From contig JBEKFP010000001.1 of the NCBI GenBank assembly GCA_050013255.1, positions 288,001 through 352,000 on the forward strand: 64,000 bases of DNA, in the 5' to 3' direction. The DNA is from Candidatus Bathyarchaeia archaeon (GTDB lineage Archaea > Thermoproteota > Bathyarchaeia > 40CM-2-53-6). The position numbers and the translations under genes are program-made. Below the pieces are notes generated by a model, which ran no database searches, was not told where the DNA came from, and saw only the letters and a list, made by a program, of their open reading frames with translations. Shown here piece after piece: positions 1-8,343 of the stretch (its first letter is position 1; every line of letters begins with the position of its first letter).

Positions 1-177
1 ACCACCAACTAGGCCACATGATGGGACACGAAGAGCACGCCTGAAGGATACAACGAGCGCAATGGAACGTTAGAGTATGCATACCATGTCAGCGCCCAAA
101 TAGCACCAATGACCAAGTATGCGCTCACAATTTGAAATCTTAATCTGTTATCAGCGTTAACCATCTCGGAGTTTAGA

Positions 178-387
178 TCACAATATGCGCCGAAACGCGA
201 TTATGGCCAATAATACCATCATCCCAGTGAAGGTATCCTCTGTAGGCGACAGGACAGTTACCAACATACGTTGGAGAGTTGTCTTACCGGCACCGTTAGG
301 CCCTATGAGTCCGAACACTTCATGCTTGATTTCAAGATCCAAATGATCGACTGCTGTGAAGTCGCCCGAATTTTTTCGTAATGCCAA
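178..387 (-). pseudogene. Remnant of an ABC exporter operon (ATPase N-terminus joined to a permease-like C-terminus)
   Basis: GLIGPNGAGKTT Walker A is followed after ~15 aa by a hydrophobic tail (FTGMMVLLAIIAFRRIL). The signature motif and Walker B are missing. Confidence 0.7.
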
Positions 388-463
388 AAGTCTGCACAGC
401 TAGATCCAGTGGGAGTCGCCATCCGGATTGTTTTCGAGCTCCATGAAGGATGAAGTCTGCCGG

Positions 464-1270
464 TTAGATAACGACCCGTGGGTACAGTTTGGCAGCGATG
501 GCAACGTTTATCGCGGTGGCAACAAGCAGGAATAGTAGGTCGAAGGGCACTCCGTACACGGTGGGTCCGTTGCTGAGCATCAAAGCTCGCAGCGCATCAA
601 CCTCATAAGTTAACGGATTAATCTGCGAGATAACCTGCAACCAACTTGGCATTATCGAGATCGGGTAAATTGCATTGCTTGCAAAGAAGAGTGGCATGGT
701 AAGAATTTGGCCTATTCCCATGAATCGCTCGCGTGTTTTCACCAAGCATGCTATGATCAAAGAGAACGTGGAGAATAAGGCAGACCCCAGAATTATGACC
801 ACCACAACCGCCAGGAGCGAAATAATGTTCCAACTCAAGCGTACACCGAGGGCAAGAGCGAGGGCGTAGACGATAACTGCTTGAGCTAGGCCTCGTTCTC
901 CCGCGGAAAGCGCTTTTCCGAGAACTAACGCTGATCGAGGAGTCGGTGTGGCCAAGAATTTGTGAACGATACCGAGATCACGCTCCCAAATGATCGCTAT
1001 GCCGTAGAAGATGGCGATGAAGAGGACGCTTTGTGCTAAGATTCCAGGAGCCATGAAATCAATGTACGGCAGGTTGCCGGTTGGGATGGCCCTGATCTGA
1101 GCCAATACCTCGCCGAAAATTAACAGCCAGAGGGCCGGCTGAACCGCACGTGTTATGAGTTCGGTCGAGTCGTGGTGGAGTTTGCGAGCTTCCAGTTCAG
1201 CGATTGTCAGGGTTTTCCCTGTGAAATTAGCTATGACGCCGAAATAGTCAATGATTCCGAGCCTTTGCAT
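464..1270 (-). CDS. ABC-2 type exporter permease (DrrB-like)
   Basis: About 6 TM segments; PGILAQSVLF, WERDLG, LATPTPR and INPLTYEVDALR motifs. Confidence 0.92.
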   Translation of the reverse strand: MQRLGIIDYFGVIANFTGKTLTIAELEARKLHHDSTELITRAVQPALWLLIFGEVLAQIRAIPTGNLPYIDFMAPGILAQSVLFIAIFYGIAIIWERDLGIVHKFLATPTPRSALVLGKALSAGERGLAQAVIVYALALALGVRLSWNIISLLAVVVVIILGSALFSTFSLIIACLVKTRERFMGIGQILTMPLFFASNAIYPISIMPSWLQVISQINPLTYEVDALRALMLSNGPTVYGVPFDLLFLLVATAINVAIAAKLYPRVVI

Positions 1271-2106
1271 TAACCCACCCTTCTCGCTACTCGCCTTACT
1301 CTCGATGTCTCACGAAAACCTCCAGCTGAGTCAACCTCAGCACCGGAGTAGTACGCAAACACATCATCCAGTGTGGCACCATCTCCGACAGACGACTTCA
1401 GTTCGGACGGGCTACCGATCGCAGCGACTTTGCCAAGGTGCATTATTGCAAGGCGAGCACACAGTTGCTCAGCTTCGTCCATGTAATGCGTGGTTAGAAG
1501 GAGGGTCGTCCCGTAATCTGCTCGCAGTTGCTGAATGTGTTGCCACACTGCCTTGCGAGCCACCGGGTCCAAGCCTACGGTAGGTTCGTCCAAGAATAGA
1601 ACCTTGGGTCTATGTAGCATGGCTTGTGCGATTTCCAGCCGCCTAATCATACCGCCGGAATATGTCCGCACAAGCTTGTCTGCGAAGTCTGATATTCCCA
1701 TGAAGTCGAGAACATCGCTAATCCGTTGCTGGCGTACTTTGCGTGGGATATCGTAGAGTTTAGCGAAGATCAATAGATTCTCGTAGCCCGTTAGGCCGCC
1801 GTCGGCTGAGAGAAGCTGTGGAACATATCCGATTACTCTCCTCACTCCCACCGCTTCATGGGTAATACTGTGGCCGTCCACAGAAGCATTTCCAGCGGTT
1901 GGAGGCAGTAAAGTTGTAAGCATTTTGATTACAGTAGTCTTACCTGCTCCATTTGGTCCAACTAGGCCAAATATTTCCCCAGGTTCAATCGAAATTGTCA
2001 ACTCGGCAACAGCAGTAAAATCACCGAAACGTTTAGTGAGCGACTGTGTTTGAAGTATCGCGCCAGCTTTGCTCTCTTGTTGTGTTACCGACTCAATTCT
2101 TTGCAG
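1270..2106 (-). CDS. ABC exporter ATP-binding subunit (DrrA-like)
   Basis: GPNGAGKT, YSGGM and LFLDEPT motifs. The ORF-track start (2235) lies deep inside marR, so the probable start is near CTG 2106. Confidence 0.9.
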   Translation of the reverse strand: MQRIESVTQQESKAGAILQTQSLTKRFGDFTAVAELTISIEPGEIFGLVGPNGAGKTTVIKMLTTLLPPTAGNASVDGHSITHEAVGVRRVIGYVPQLLSADGGLTGYENLLIFAKLYDIPRKVRQQRISDVLDFMGISDFADKLVRTYSGGMIRRLEIAQAMLHRPKVLFLDEPTVGLDPVARKAVWQHIQQLRADYGTTLLLTTHYMDEAEQLCARLAIMHLGKVAAIGSPSELKSSVGDGATLDDVFAYYSGAEVDSAGGFRETSRVRRVARRVG

Positions 2107-2575
2107 AGTCTTTCCCTCCGGTAAAGAGTTCGCTGAGCATTCGCATGGCTGTCGTAATAGTGGCGCGGTCAGATGCGGAAAGCTGGCGGAGCCTCTCTTC
2201 CAAGTTAGCCATGGTCGCCGCACGCGCAGATTCAAGTCTGGCGCGCCCAGCCTCCGTAAGCGTCAGCGTCATACGCCGTCGATCCTCAGGGTCTGTTCGA
2301 CGACTGACCAATCCACGAGCAACCAATCCATCGACGAGCAATGACATGGTTGGGAGGGTTAATCCAATGTGGTCGCCTACTTCGGATAGCGAAGCGCCCT
2401 CGTTTCTGTATACAAAAGCCAACGTTCGATACTGCGGCACAGACATTTCCTTGGCACCGTGCTTTCGCAACTCGGCTCGAATCACTCGGAAGACCATTGG
2501 CACAACGTCTAGGACTTCGTGTGCACACTCTCCTACAGAAGACCGTATCGTGCTCGCTTGCATTTTCGTTCGCAA
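2093..2575 (-). CDS. MarR family transcriptional regulator
   Basis: wHTH with LVARGLVSRRTDPEDRR...LTEAG; heads the ABC operon. Confidence 0.93.
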   Translation of the reverse strand: MRTKMQASTIRSSVGECAHEVLDVVPMVFRVIRAELRKHGAKEMSVPQYRTLAFVYRNEGASLSEVGDHIGLTLPTMSLLVDGLVARGLVSRRTDPEDRRRMTLTLTEAGRARLESARAATMANLEERLRQLSASDRATITTAMRMLSELFTGGKDSAKN

Positions 2576-2689
2576 ACTGAACTGTTTGGAGACCTAAGTA
2601 TTTACAGTTAATGGGTGATCTCTGTCTTGGAAAATGAGCCGACGCACCTTAACCGGCCCTTTTCTAAACTAACTTTAGGCGGTCAAGGC

Positions 2690-3154
2690 GTGATAGCAAC
2701 TATTGAAGAACTTAGGAGACTGCTGGTGGCCGTTGACGGTTCAGACAACGCTGCCCGTGCAGCTAAAGTTGCTGTGGCTTTAGCCAAAAAGTTCGGAGCG
2801 GAACTGATTGTATGCCATGTCATTCCAACGCCAACTTATTCGCTCGCCCAAGCAGACGTGTTAGGCGCAGGCGGACTATTGCTCGATTACTTTGAGAGCG
2901 CTCACAAAGACGCGAAGAAACTGGTGGATGGAGTTGTCAAGCTTGCAGAAGCGGACGATGTGAAAGCCATCGGTGTGATACGCGATAACGTGTTCTCGGT
3001 CGTGGAGGCCATAGTGAACCTTGCAGAAGACAGGAACACTGATGTAATCGTAATTGGAACGCGTGGATTGACTGGTTTCAGAAAACTGCTAGTCGGAAGC
3101 GTATCATCAGGAGTGATTGCCCACGCCCATTGCTCAGTGTTCATAGTTAGATAA
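2690..3154 (+). CDS. Universal stress protein (UspA family)
   Basis: LLVAVDGS and VIVIGTRGLTG...LVGSVS motifs; probable GTG start at 2690. Confidence 0.93.
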   Translation: MIATIEELRRLLVAVDGSDNAARAAKVAVALAKKFGAELIVCHVIPTPTYSLAQADVLGAGGLLLDYFESAHKDAKKLVDGVVKLAEADDVKAIGVIRDNVFSVVEAIVNLAEDRNTDVIVIGTRGLTGFRKLLVGSVSSGVIAHAHCSVFIVR

Positions 3155-3267
3155 GGAATGAACTTTACGACTGGAATGAGTCAGTTCATTTCCTCCTCCA
3201 TTCGCAGACTCGCTCACTCACTTTCGGTCTTCGACACGCAAAGTAAAAGGCTTAGTAGAGAAAATTC

Positions 3268-3457
3268 TGGCGGGCCCGCCGGGATTTGAACCCGGGACCC
3301 TTCCCCAAGAAGGCTTCTCGGCCGGTTTCTTTTCGGGTGGCTTCCCATGGGTTCTAAAAGCCCAGAGGTAAAAGCATCACCGACACCCGCTCGGCGTCTC
3401 CGATGCTCTACCTTTTCAGGATCCAATTTCGAAAGGATCTGACTGAGCTACGGGCCC
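3268..3457 (-). tRNA. tRNA-Lys(TTT) with four introns (17/17a, 30/31, 37/38, 43/44)
   Basis: Removing 3414-3440, 3376-3399, 3339-3368 and 3301-3332 at BHB-type bulges gives a 77-nt cloverleaf GGGCCCG..TCGGG-CTTTTAA-CCCGA..CGGGCCC-G-CCA. Confidence 0.88.
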
Positions 3458-3509
3458 CGAAGGCTCACAGCACGGACCACTATCAAAAGCGTTTCGCACG
3501 TATGAAGTT

Positions 3510-4484
3510 CTATGATGGTGCTTCTCCAAGAACCACAGTTACCGTGCCTTGTCCGTTGTTGCGCCCGATCGAGAGTTCGAGGTTCTCGCCGACCTTCTTG
3601 TTCTGGACAGAATGCTGCAAATCCTCCCAGCTCTTCAGCGGCTTCTTGTCGGCTTCTAGGATTACGTCGCCGGCGGATACGCCGCCCTGGTTAGCAGGGC
3701 TACCCCTCCCCACTTTGACAACCAATACGCCGTTCTCGCTTGGGATATCGTATGATTCAGCTATATCCCTGTTCAATGTCATACCTGAGATTCCTAGGTA
3801 CGGTCGGACAACTCGTCCGTTCTGTAAGATTTCCTTCGCAATTCTCCTGGCCGTATTGATTGGGATGGCGAACCCAATGCCCTGCGCAAACGGTATGTTC
3901 GCCGTGTTAACACCGATAACCGACCCCGTGCTGTCAACCAATGGGCCGCCGCTGTTTCCCGGGTTGATTGCTGCGTCGGTCTGAATCAAATCCTCATACA
4001 TGTGATCTTCGATGTGTATGTGCCTCCTCAGCGCACTTACTACGCCAACGGTTGCAGTCGGCCCTGGAAGCAAGAACCCGTATGGGTTACCAATCGCTAT
4101 GGCAATTTGTCCAACGACTAGGTTGTCCGAATCCCCCAACTTCACTTTAGGCAGGTCTTCGCCGTCCACGCGAACGACGGCAATGTCGGACATGGCGTCC
4201 GAGCCTAGAACTTCGCCTTTGAATTTCTTGCCTTCAGGGGTTACGACTTCGACGCGCGACGCATCTTCAACTATGTGGTGGTTGGTTAAGATTCCGCCAT
4301 TAGAATCAAATATTATGCCTGACCCTAAACCGCGTAATGGTATTGTGTCGAAGAAATTCTCGCGAATCACACGTAGAGTCGCCACAGTCACTACGGCGGG
4401 GCTGACTGTCTGGATCGCAGCAGTTACATCCTTCTCGTTAACAGGAATCAATTCCAATGATACCTCGGAGCAAAATGAAAACAA
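3510..4484 (-). CDS. htrA: HtrA/DegP-family serine protease with PDZ domain
   Basis: LTNHH, SDIAVV and IQTDAAINPGNSGGPL catalytic motifs; C-terminal PDZ domain. Confidence 0.93.
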   Translation of the reverse strand: MFSFCSEVSLELIPVNEKDVTAAIQTVSPAVVTVATLRVIRENFFDTIPLRGLGSGIIFDSNGGILTNHHIVEDASRVEVVTPEGKKFKGEVLGSDAMSDIAVVRVDGEDLPKVKLGDSDNLVVGQIAIAIGNPYGFLLPGPTATVGVVSALRRHIHIEDHMYEDLIQTDAAINPGNSGGPLVDSTGSVIGVNTANIPFAQGIGFAIPINTARRIAKEILQNGRVVRPYLGISGMTLNRDIAESYDIPSENGVLVVKVGRGSPANQGGVSAGDVILEADKKPLKSWEDLQHSVQNKKVGENLELSIGRNNGQGTVTVVLGEAPS

Positions 4485-4543
4485 CCGCGCTCTATTTAAT
4501 GACTAACTGATGACAAAATCAGACAAGAGGGCTAACGAGATGG

Positions 4544-4678
4544 CTGAAGAAGTTCCTTAGGTGCGGAAAATGTGGTTACGAATCCCTTTCCGAAACGTTG
4601 AACTCACCATGCCCTAAATGCAAGAGCCAAACGCTCGAAGAGAAAGACACGAAAGCCTTGTCGGGCTTCGATGATTAG
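4544..4678 (+). CDS. Small zinc-ribbon protein (44 aa, probable CTG start), not in the ORF track
   Basis: LKKFLRCGKCGYESLSETLNSPCPKCKSQTLEEKDTKALSGFDD contains two CxxC motifs. Confidence 0.6.
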   Translation: MKKFLRCGKCGYESLSETLNSPCPKCKSQTLEEKDTKALSGFDD

Positions 4679-4740
4679 ACAGACGTCACTGCACTAGCGT
4701 CTTGGCCAGTCTTTATTGTAGAGGAGTGCCGAACGCGGGT

Positions 4741-4845
4741 TGGCGCCCTTCGCCAGGAGAAGCCTAGGCTGCTCCTTTGGGCGGGATTCGAACCCGCGTC
4801 GACGACGTGACAGGCCGTCATCCTAGACCACTGAACGACCAGGGC
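4741..4845 (-). tRNA. tRNA-Asp(GTC) with an intron in the 3' acceptor strand (68/69)
   Basis: GCCCTGG...ACGGC-CTGTCAC-GTCGT. Removing 29 nt (4749-4777; BHB helix CGCC/GGCG, bulges CAA and AAG) restores CCAGGGC-G-CCA, 76 nt. Confidence 0.9.
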
Positions 4846-5071
4846 ATCGGCATCCCAGAAATCGCTGTGCCAGCTTAAAGCATTGCTACAATATACACTC
4901 CCGGAACAGAGAAGACGCCTACCTTACGCTTCTTCGCAAGGATGTGACGAGATACGGACTCATATTCGATTATGTTGCTAATCATTGTCGCGGCGCTGAT
5001 TCTTGTACCAGTCATCGTAGCCTACGCACATGTTCGTCAACGCCTGCTTGAAAGAATCTTTAAGAATAATT

Positions 5072-6793
5072 TCATCGGCGGGTTGTAAGAACCTCTGCGA
5101 AATCGCTCTCGAAATATTCATCCTTATCCCTTGTTAGGGAACTTCTCTGGTTGGTTTCGAGTTTCCGCAGGTCTGTCCTCTTGATCTTTCCGCTCACAGT
5201 CTTAGGCAATTCGTTTACGAATTGTATGATCCGCGGCCGTTTGTAAGACGCCATCCGTTGCCTAGTGAAGCTGAATATCTCCAAGGCCAATTCTCTGGAA
5301 GCAATCAATTTTGGCTTTAGCATCACATACGCTTTTGGAACGAACCCTCTCAACGGATCTGGGCTTGCAACGACAGCAACCTCCGTTATGGAAGGGTGGA
5401 CCAGAAGTTCGCTCTCTACTTCGAAGGCACTGATCCTGTAGTCTGAGCTCTTGAATACGTCGTCGGCTCTTCCTATGAACCAGAAGTAGCCGTTGGCGTC
5501 GCGTGATGCCAGGTCGCCAGTAAGGTACCAATCGCCGACGAAGACTTCCCGATTCTTTTCGCGCGGGTCGATATAGCCTTCCATCACGCCAACCGGCCTT
5601 CGCGGCTTGACTCGAATAGCAAGAATGCCATCAGTTTTTGGTGGAACGGGATTATATTCATCGTCCAAGATTTCTACGTTGAACCCCGGAGCCACAATAC
5701 CCATCGACCCCAATTTGATTTCCATCCCTGGGAAGAAACCAACTGTTATGGTTGTTTCAGACTGCCCGAAGCCTTCTCGTATGGTGAGCCCCGTTGCATC
5801 GTGCACTTTCTGGTTTATTTCGGGGTTCAATGGTTCGCCGGCGCTAATGAGTTCTCTGAGAGAGAAGTGGTAGTCCTTCAAGTTCTCCAAGAGTAGGAAT
5901 CTCCATACTGTTGGAGGGGCGCAGAGGGTTCTCACGTCGTGGCTCTCAATCACGCTTAGAACGCGTTTGGGGTCGAATTTTCCAGAATAATTGTAGAGGA
6001 AACTTGTGGCTTCTGCGTTCCAGGCCCCGAAGATGCTGCTATACGCGTACTTAGCCCAACCAGGCGCACTGATGTTGTAATGTACATCACCCTTCCTAGC
6101 CCCAATCCAGTACATGGTGCTTAGGTGCCCAACCGGATAGCTTCCGTGGGTTTGAAGAACAAGTTTAGGTTTCGCAGTCGTTCCCGATGTGAAGTAGATG
6201 AGGAGTTCGTCTTCAGAGCTAAATGTATCCTCGGTTCTAAAGTTTGCAGACTGATCGTCTATCTCCGCATAATCTGTCCAGCCATTCCTTCCTCCTCCAA
6301 CACTAACCTTAGACACGGAGTCAGGTATCGAGGCTGAATCAATTCTACTAGTTAGCTGTGCGCCGGTGAAGACGCACTTAGCTTTCCCCCTCCCAATTCT
6401 GTCTCGAATGTCGTCAACCGTCAGTAGGGTGGAAGCAGGTATGATTACGCATCCAGCCTTCATCGCTCCGAGAAAAACTTCGAACAATTCAACGGAGCTA
6501 GGCATCATAAGCATGATTCGGTCCTTCTTCTTGAGTCCTAGGGTCATCAGGAAATTGGCTGCCTTGTTGGACCGCTCTTTCATCGCTTGAAAAGTGACCT
6601 TCGTCTCTAACCCTTTGTCGTCTACGTACATTAGAGCAGGGTTGGAACATTTCCCCGCCAGAGTGTCGAAGTAATCCAATGCCCAATTGAACTGATTCCG
6701 CTGTGGCCAGTCGAATCCGGCCTTCGCTTCCTGGTAGTTGTGTGCGTTGAGAAGGAAATCTCGAGCTGCCGTGAATTCTCTTAGGCCTGCCAA
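5072..6793 (-). CDS. AMP-forming acyl-CoA synthetase (medium/short-chain type)
   Basis: YFTSGTTAKPK, EGFGQSET, TGD, GRADD and PKTVSGKI motifs. Confidence 0.93.
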   Translation of the reverse strand: MAGLREFTAARDFLLNAHNYQEAKAGFDWPQRNQFNWALDYFDTLAGKCSNPALMYVDDKGLETKVTFQAMKERSNKAANFLMTLGLKKKDRIMLMMPSSVELFEVFLGAMKAGCVIIPASTLLTVDDIRDRIGRGKAKCVFTGAQLTSRIDSASIPDSVSKVSVGGGRNGWTDYAEIDDQSANFRTEDTFSSEDELLIYFTSGTTAKPKLVLQTHGSYPVGHLSTMYWIGARKGDVHYNISAPGWAKYAYSSIFGAWNAEATSFLYNYSGKFDPKRVLSVIESHDVRTLCAPPTVWRFLLLENLKDYHFSLRELISAGEPLNPEINQKVHDATGLTIREGFGQSETTITVGFFPGMEIKLGSMGIVAPGFNVEILDDEYNPVPPKTDGILAIRVKPRRPVGVMEGYIDPREKNREVFVGDWYLTGDLASRDANGYFWFIGRADDVFKSSDYRISAFEVESELLVHPSITEVAVVASPDPLRGFVPKAYVMLKPKLIASRELALEIFSFTRQRMASYKRPRIIQFVNELPKTVSGKIKRTDLRKLETNQRSSLTRDKDEYFESDFAEVLTTRR

Positions 6794-6929
6794 ACTTATC
6801 GTGCCCGAGTCGAATAGAGTTTCTTCTAAGGGTTGTTTCTAATTCCTTGCATTAGCAAGAAGCTTGAGAAATCATTCATTGTCTCTAACCTTAAGTTGCT
6901 AAATATCGCAGCCGACAAAGACAAACAAA

Positions 6930-7415
6930 TTGGTTGAGGGTAGATTGCCGAGGAAAACTTCGATCAGCGAGAGCAAAGAGGCCCCCGATTTCGCCCTCGT
7001 GGACCATGCGGGTAAGTTGGTAAGGCTTCGTGATTTTCGCGGGAAAAAGGTTGTTCTCTTCTTCTATGTTCGCGATGATACGCCAGGGTGTACGAAGGAA
7101 GCGTGCAGCTTCCGTGACGGCTATGGACCCTTGAAAGCCAGGGGTGTTGTGTTGCTAGGCATCAGCCCAGACCCGATAGAATCGCACAAAAGTTTCGCGG
7201 ACAAATACGATCTTCCGTATCCTTTGCTTGTTGACGCGAAGGCGGAGTTCGCAAAGAGGTTCGGCGTTTGGGGTAAGAAGAACATGTATGGCAGAACCTT
7301 CTTTGGGGTAATTCGCTCCACTTTCATCATCAACGAGAAGGGTAAGGTGGTGAAGGAATACAGGCGTGTGAAGGTGGATGGACACTTGGACCAAATTCTC
7401 AAGGACTTGGGATGA
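6930..7415 (+). CDS. bcp: Peroxiredoxin (BCP/PrxQ)
   Basis: FFY..DDTPGCTKEACSFRD motif. Confidence 0.92.
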   Translation: MVEGRLPRKTSISESKEAPDFALVDHAGKLVRLRDFRGKKVVLFFYVRDDTPGCTKEACSFRDGYGPLKARGVVLLGISPDPIESHKSFADKYDLPYPLLVDAKAEFAKRFGVWGKKNMYGRTFFGVIRSTFIINEKGKVVKEYRRVKVDGHLDQILKDLG

Positions 7416-7915
7416 CCATTAGGGCAACTGTCCTTAGCAGTGTAAATCCCATGGTAAACTTGGATGTCGCGTATGTCCCAACCCCCAAGGACATCGTTCG
7501 AAGAATGCTGAGGCTGGCAAGCGTACGTCGCGGTGAAACCGTTTTCGACCTTGGAGCGGGAGACGGGCGCATCCTGATTGAGGCGGTGAGAAGGTTTGGG
7601 GCTAAAGCCATAGGCGTGGAGGTGGACCCGGAACGCCTGGTTCGGATCAAAGAACGACTAACCGCGACTGGCACAGAGGCCGCGGTGATCCAAGGAGACT
7701 TTATGGAGGTCAACGTCTCTTCGGCCGATGTTGTCGCCATCTACCTTTCTGACTCTGTCAACGCTAAGCTGGCATCAAAGCTGAAGAACGAGCTCAAAGC
7801 TGGGGCGCGGGTCGTTTCCTTGGATTATACACTCCCAGGCTGGGCACTAGAGAAGGAGCTGACGGTCAAAAGCGGTGGTATTTCGCGCAAAATATACCTC
7901 TATAGGGTCGAATGA
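7412..7915 (+). CDS. Class I SAM-dependent methyltransferase (aKMT-like protein-lysine methyltransferase)
   Basis: YVPTP, DLGAGDGR and GARVVS motifs. Confidence 0.85.
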   Translation: MTIRATVLSSVNPMVNLDVAYVPTPKDIVRRMLRLASVRRGETVFDLGAGDGRILIEAVRRFGAKAIGVEVDPERLVRIKERLTATGTEAAVIQGDFMEVNVSSADVVAIYLSDSVNAKLASKLKNELKAGARVVSLDYTLPGWALEKELTVKSGGISRKIYLYRVE

Positions 7916-8029
7916 GTCACGCACGTGCCATAGGAAAGTGGCATCTACATAAGTTACCCAGATGCCGGTCGAAACTTGTAAATAAAGAAGCATGCTACGC
8001 AGGTAGCAGGTTAGCATAGGGGAGGTGAG

Positions 8030-8248
8030 TTGTTGTCTAAGTTCAAGCTCCTCCTTCCTGCTATAGTCCTGGTCGTCTTAGTAGTCCTAATTCTGACCTC
8101 AAGCAACGCAAGTTACTTTTCGCCCGCCTGGTTATCCAAGGCTCTCTTGGGTGATGGAACTGGCGGAGGCGGACACGGCATTGCTAAGGCACTCTTGGGT
8201 GATGGTACTGGAGGCGGCGGTCACGGTCTCGCTAATGCTCTATTCTAG
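8030..8248 (+). CDS. Small exported/membrane precursor peptide with a duplicated KALLGDGTGGGGHG unit
   Basis: GGAGGTGA SD before TTG; N-terminal hydrophobic helix; repeat copies differ only at synonymous sites. Confidence 0.85.
   Translation: MLSKFKLLLPAIVLVVLVVLILTSSNASYFSPAWLSKALLGDGTGGGGHGIAKALLGDGTGGGGHGLANALF
8138..8227 (+). repeat. Two 42-nt coding repeat copies with a 48-nt period (8138-8179, 8186-8227)
   Basis: 6 nucleotide differences, all at synonymous third positions. Confidence 0.95.
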
Positions 8249-8343
8249 AGAGGGGAACTTCCAGTTCATCCTCCTCCCGTTTTTGTGCAAAATATAAAGC
8301 TATTATACTCGCTGAGCCATCCCCGCTGAAACGGCGAACAAGG

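Noticed and set aside
3214-3426. ORFs overlapping tRNA-Lys (3214-3426 and the start of 3403-3984)
   Set aside because: Explained by the tRNA gene and the htrA antisense strand; no protein motifs.
4507-4547. Box C/D sRNA (TGATGA...CTGA)
   Set aside because: Too short for two guides, no convincing C'/D' boxes, and the D box coincides with the zinc-ribbon ORF start.
4972-5088. 38-aa hydrophobic ORF (MLLIIVAALILVPVIVAYAHV...)
   Set aside because: A plausible TM micro-protein, but it has no SD or motif and overlaps the convergent synthetase stop, so support is insufficient.
8138-8227. 48-nt-period repeat as a mini-CRISPR or DNA-level repeat
   Set aside because: Only two copies, a 6-nt gap, third-position divergence and no cas genes, so it is a protein-level repeat.
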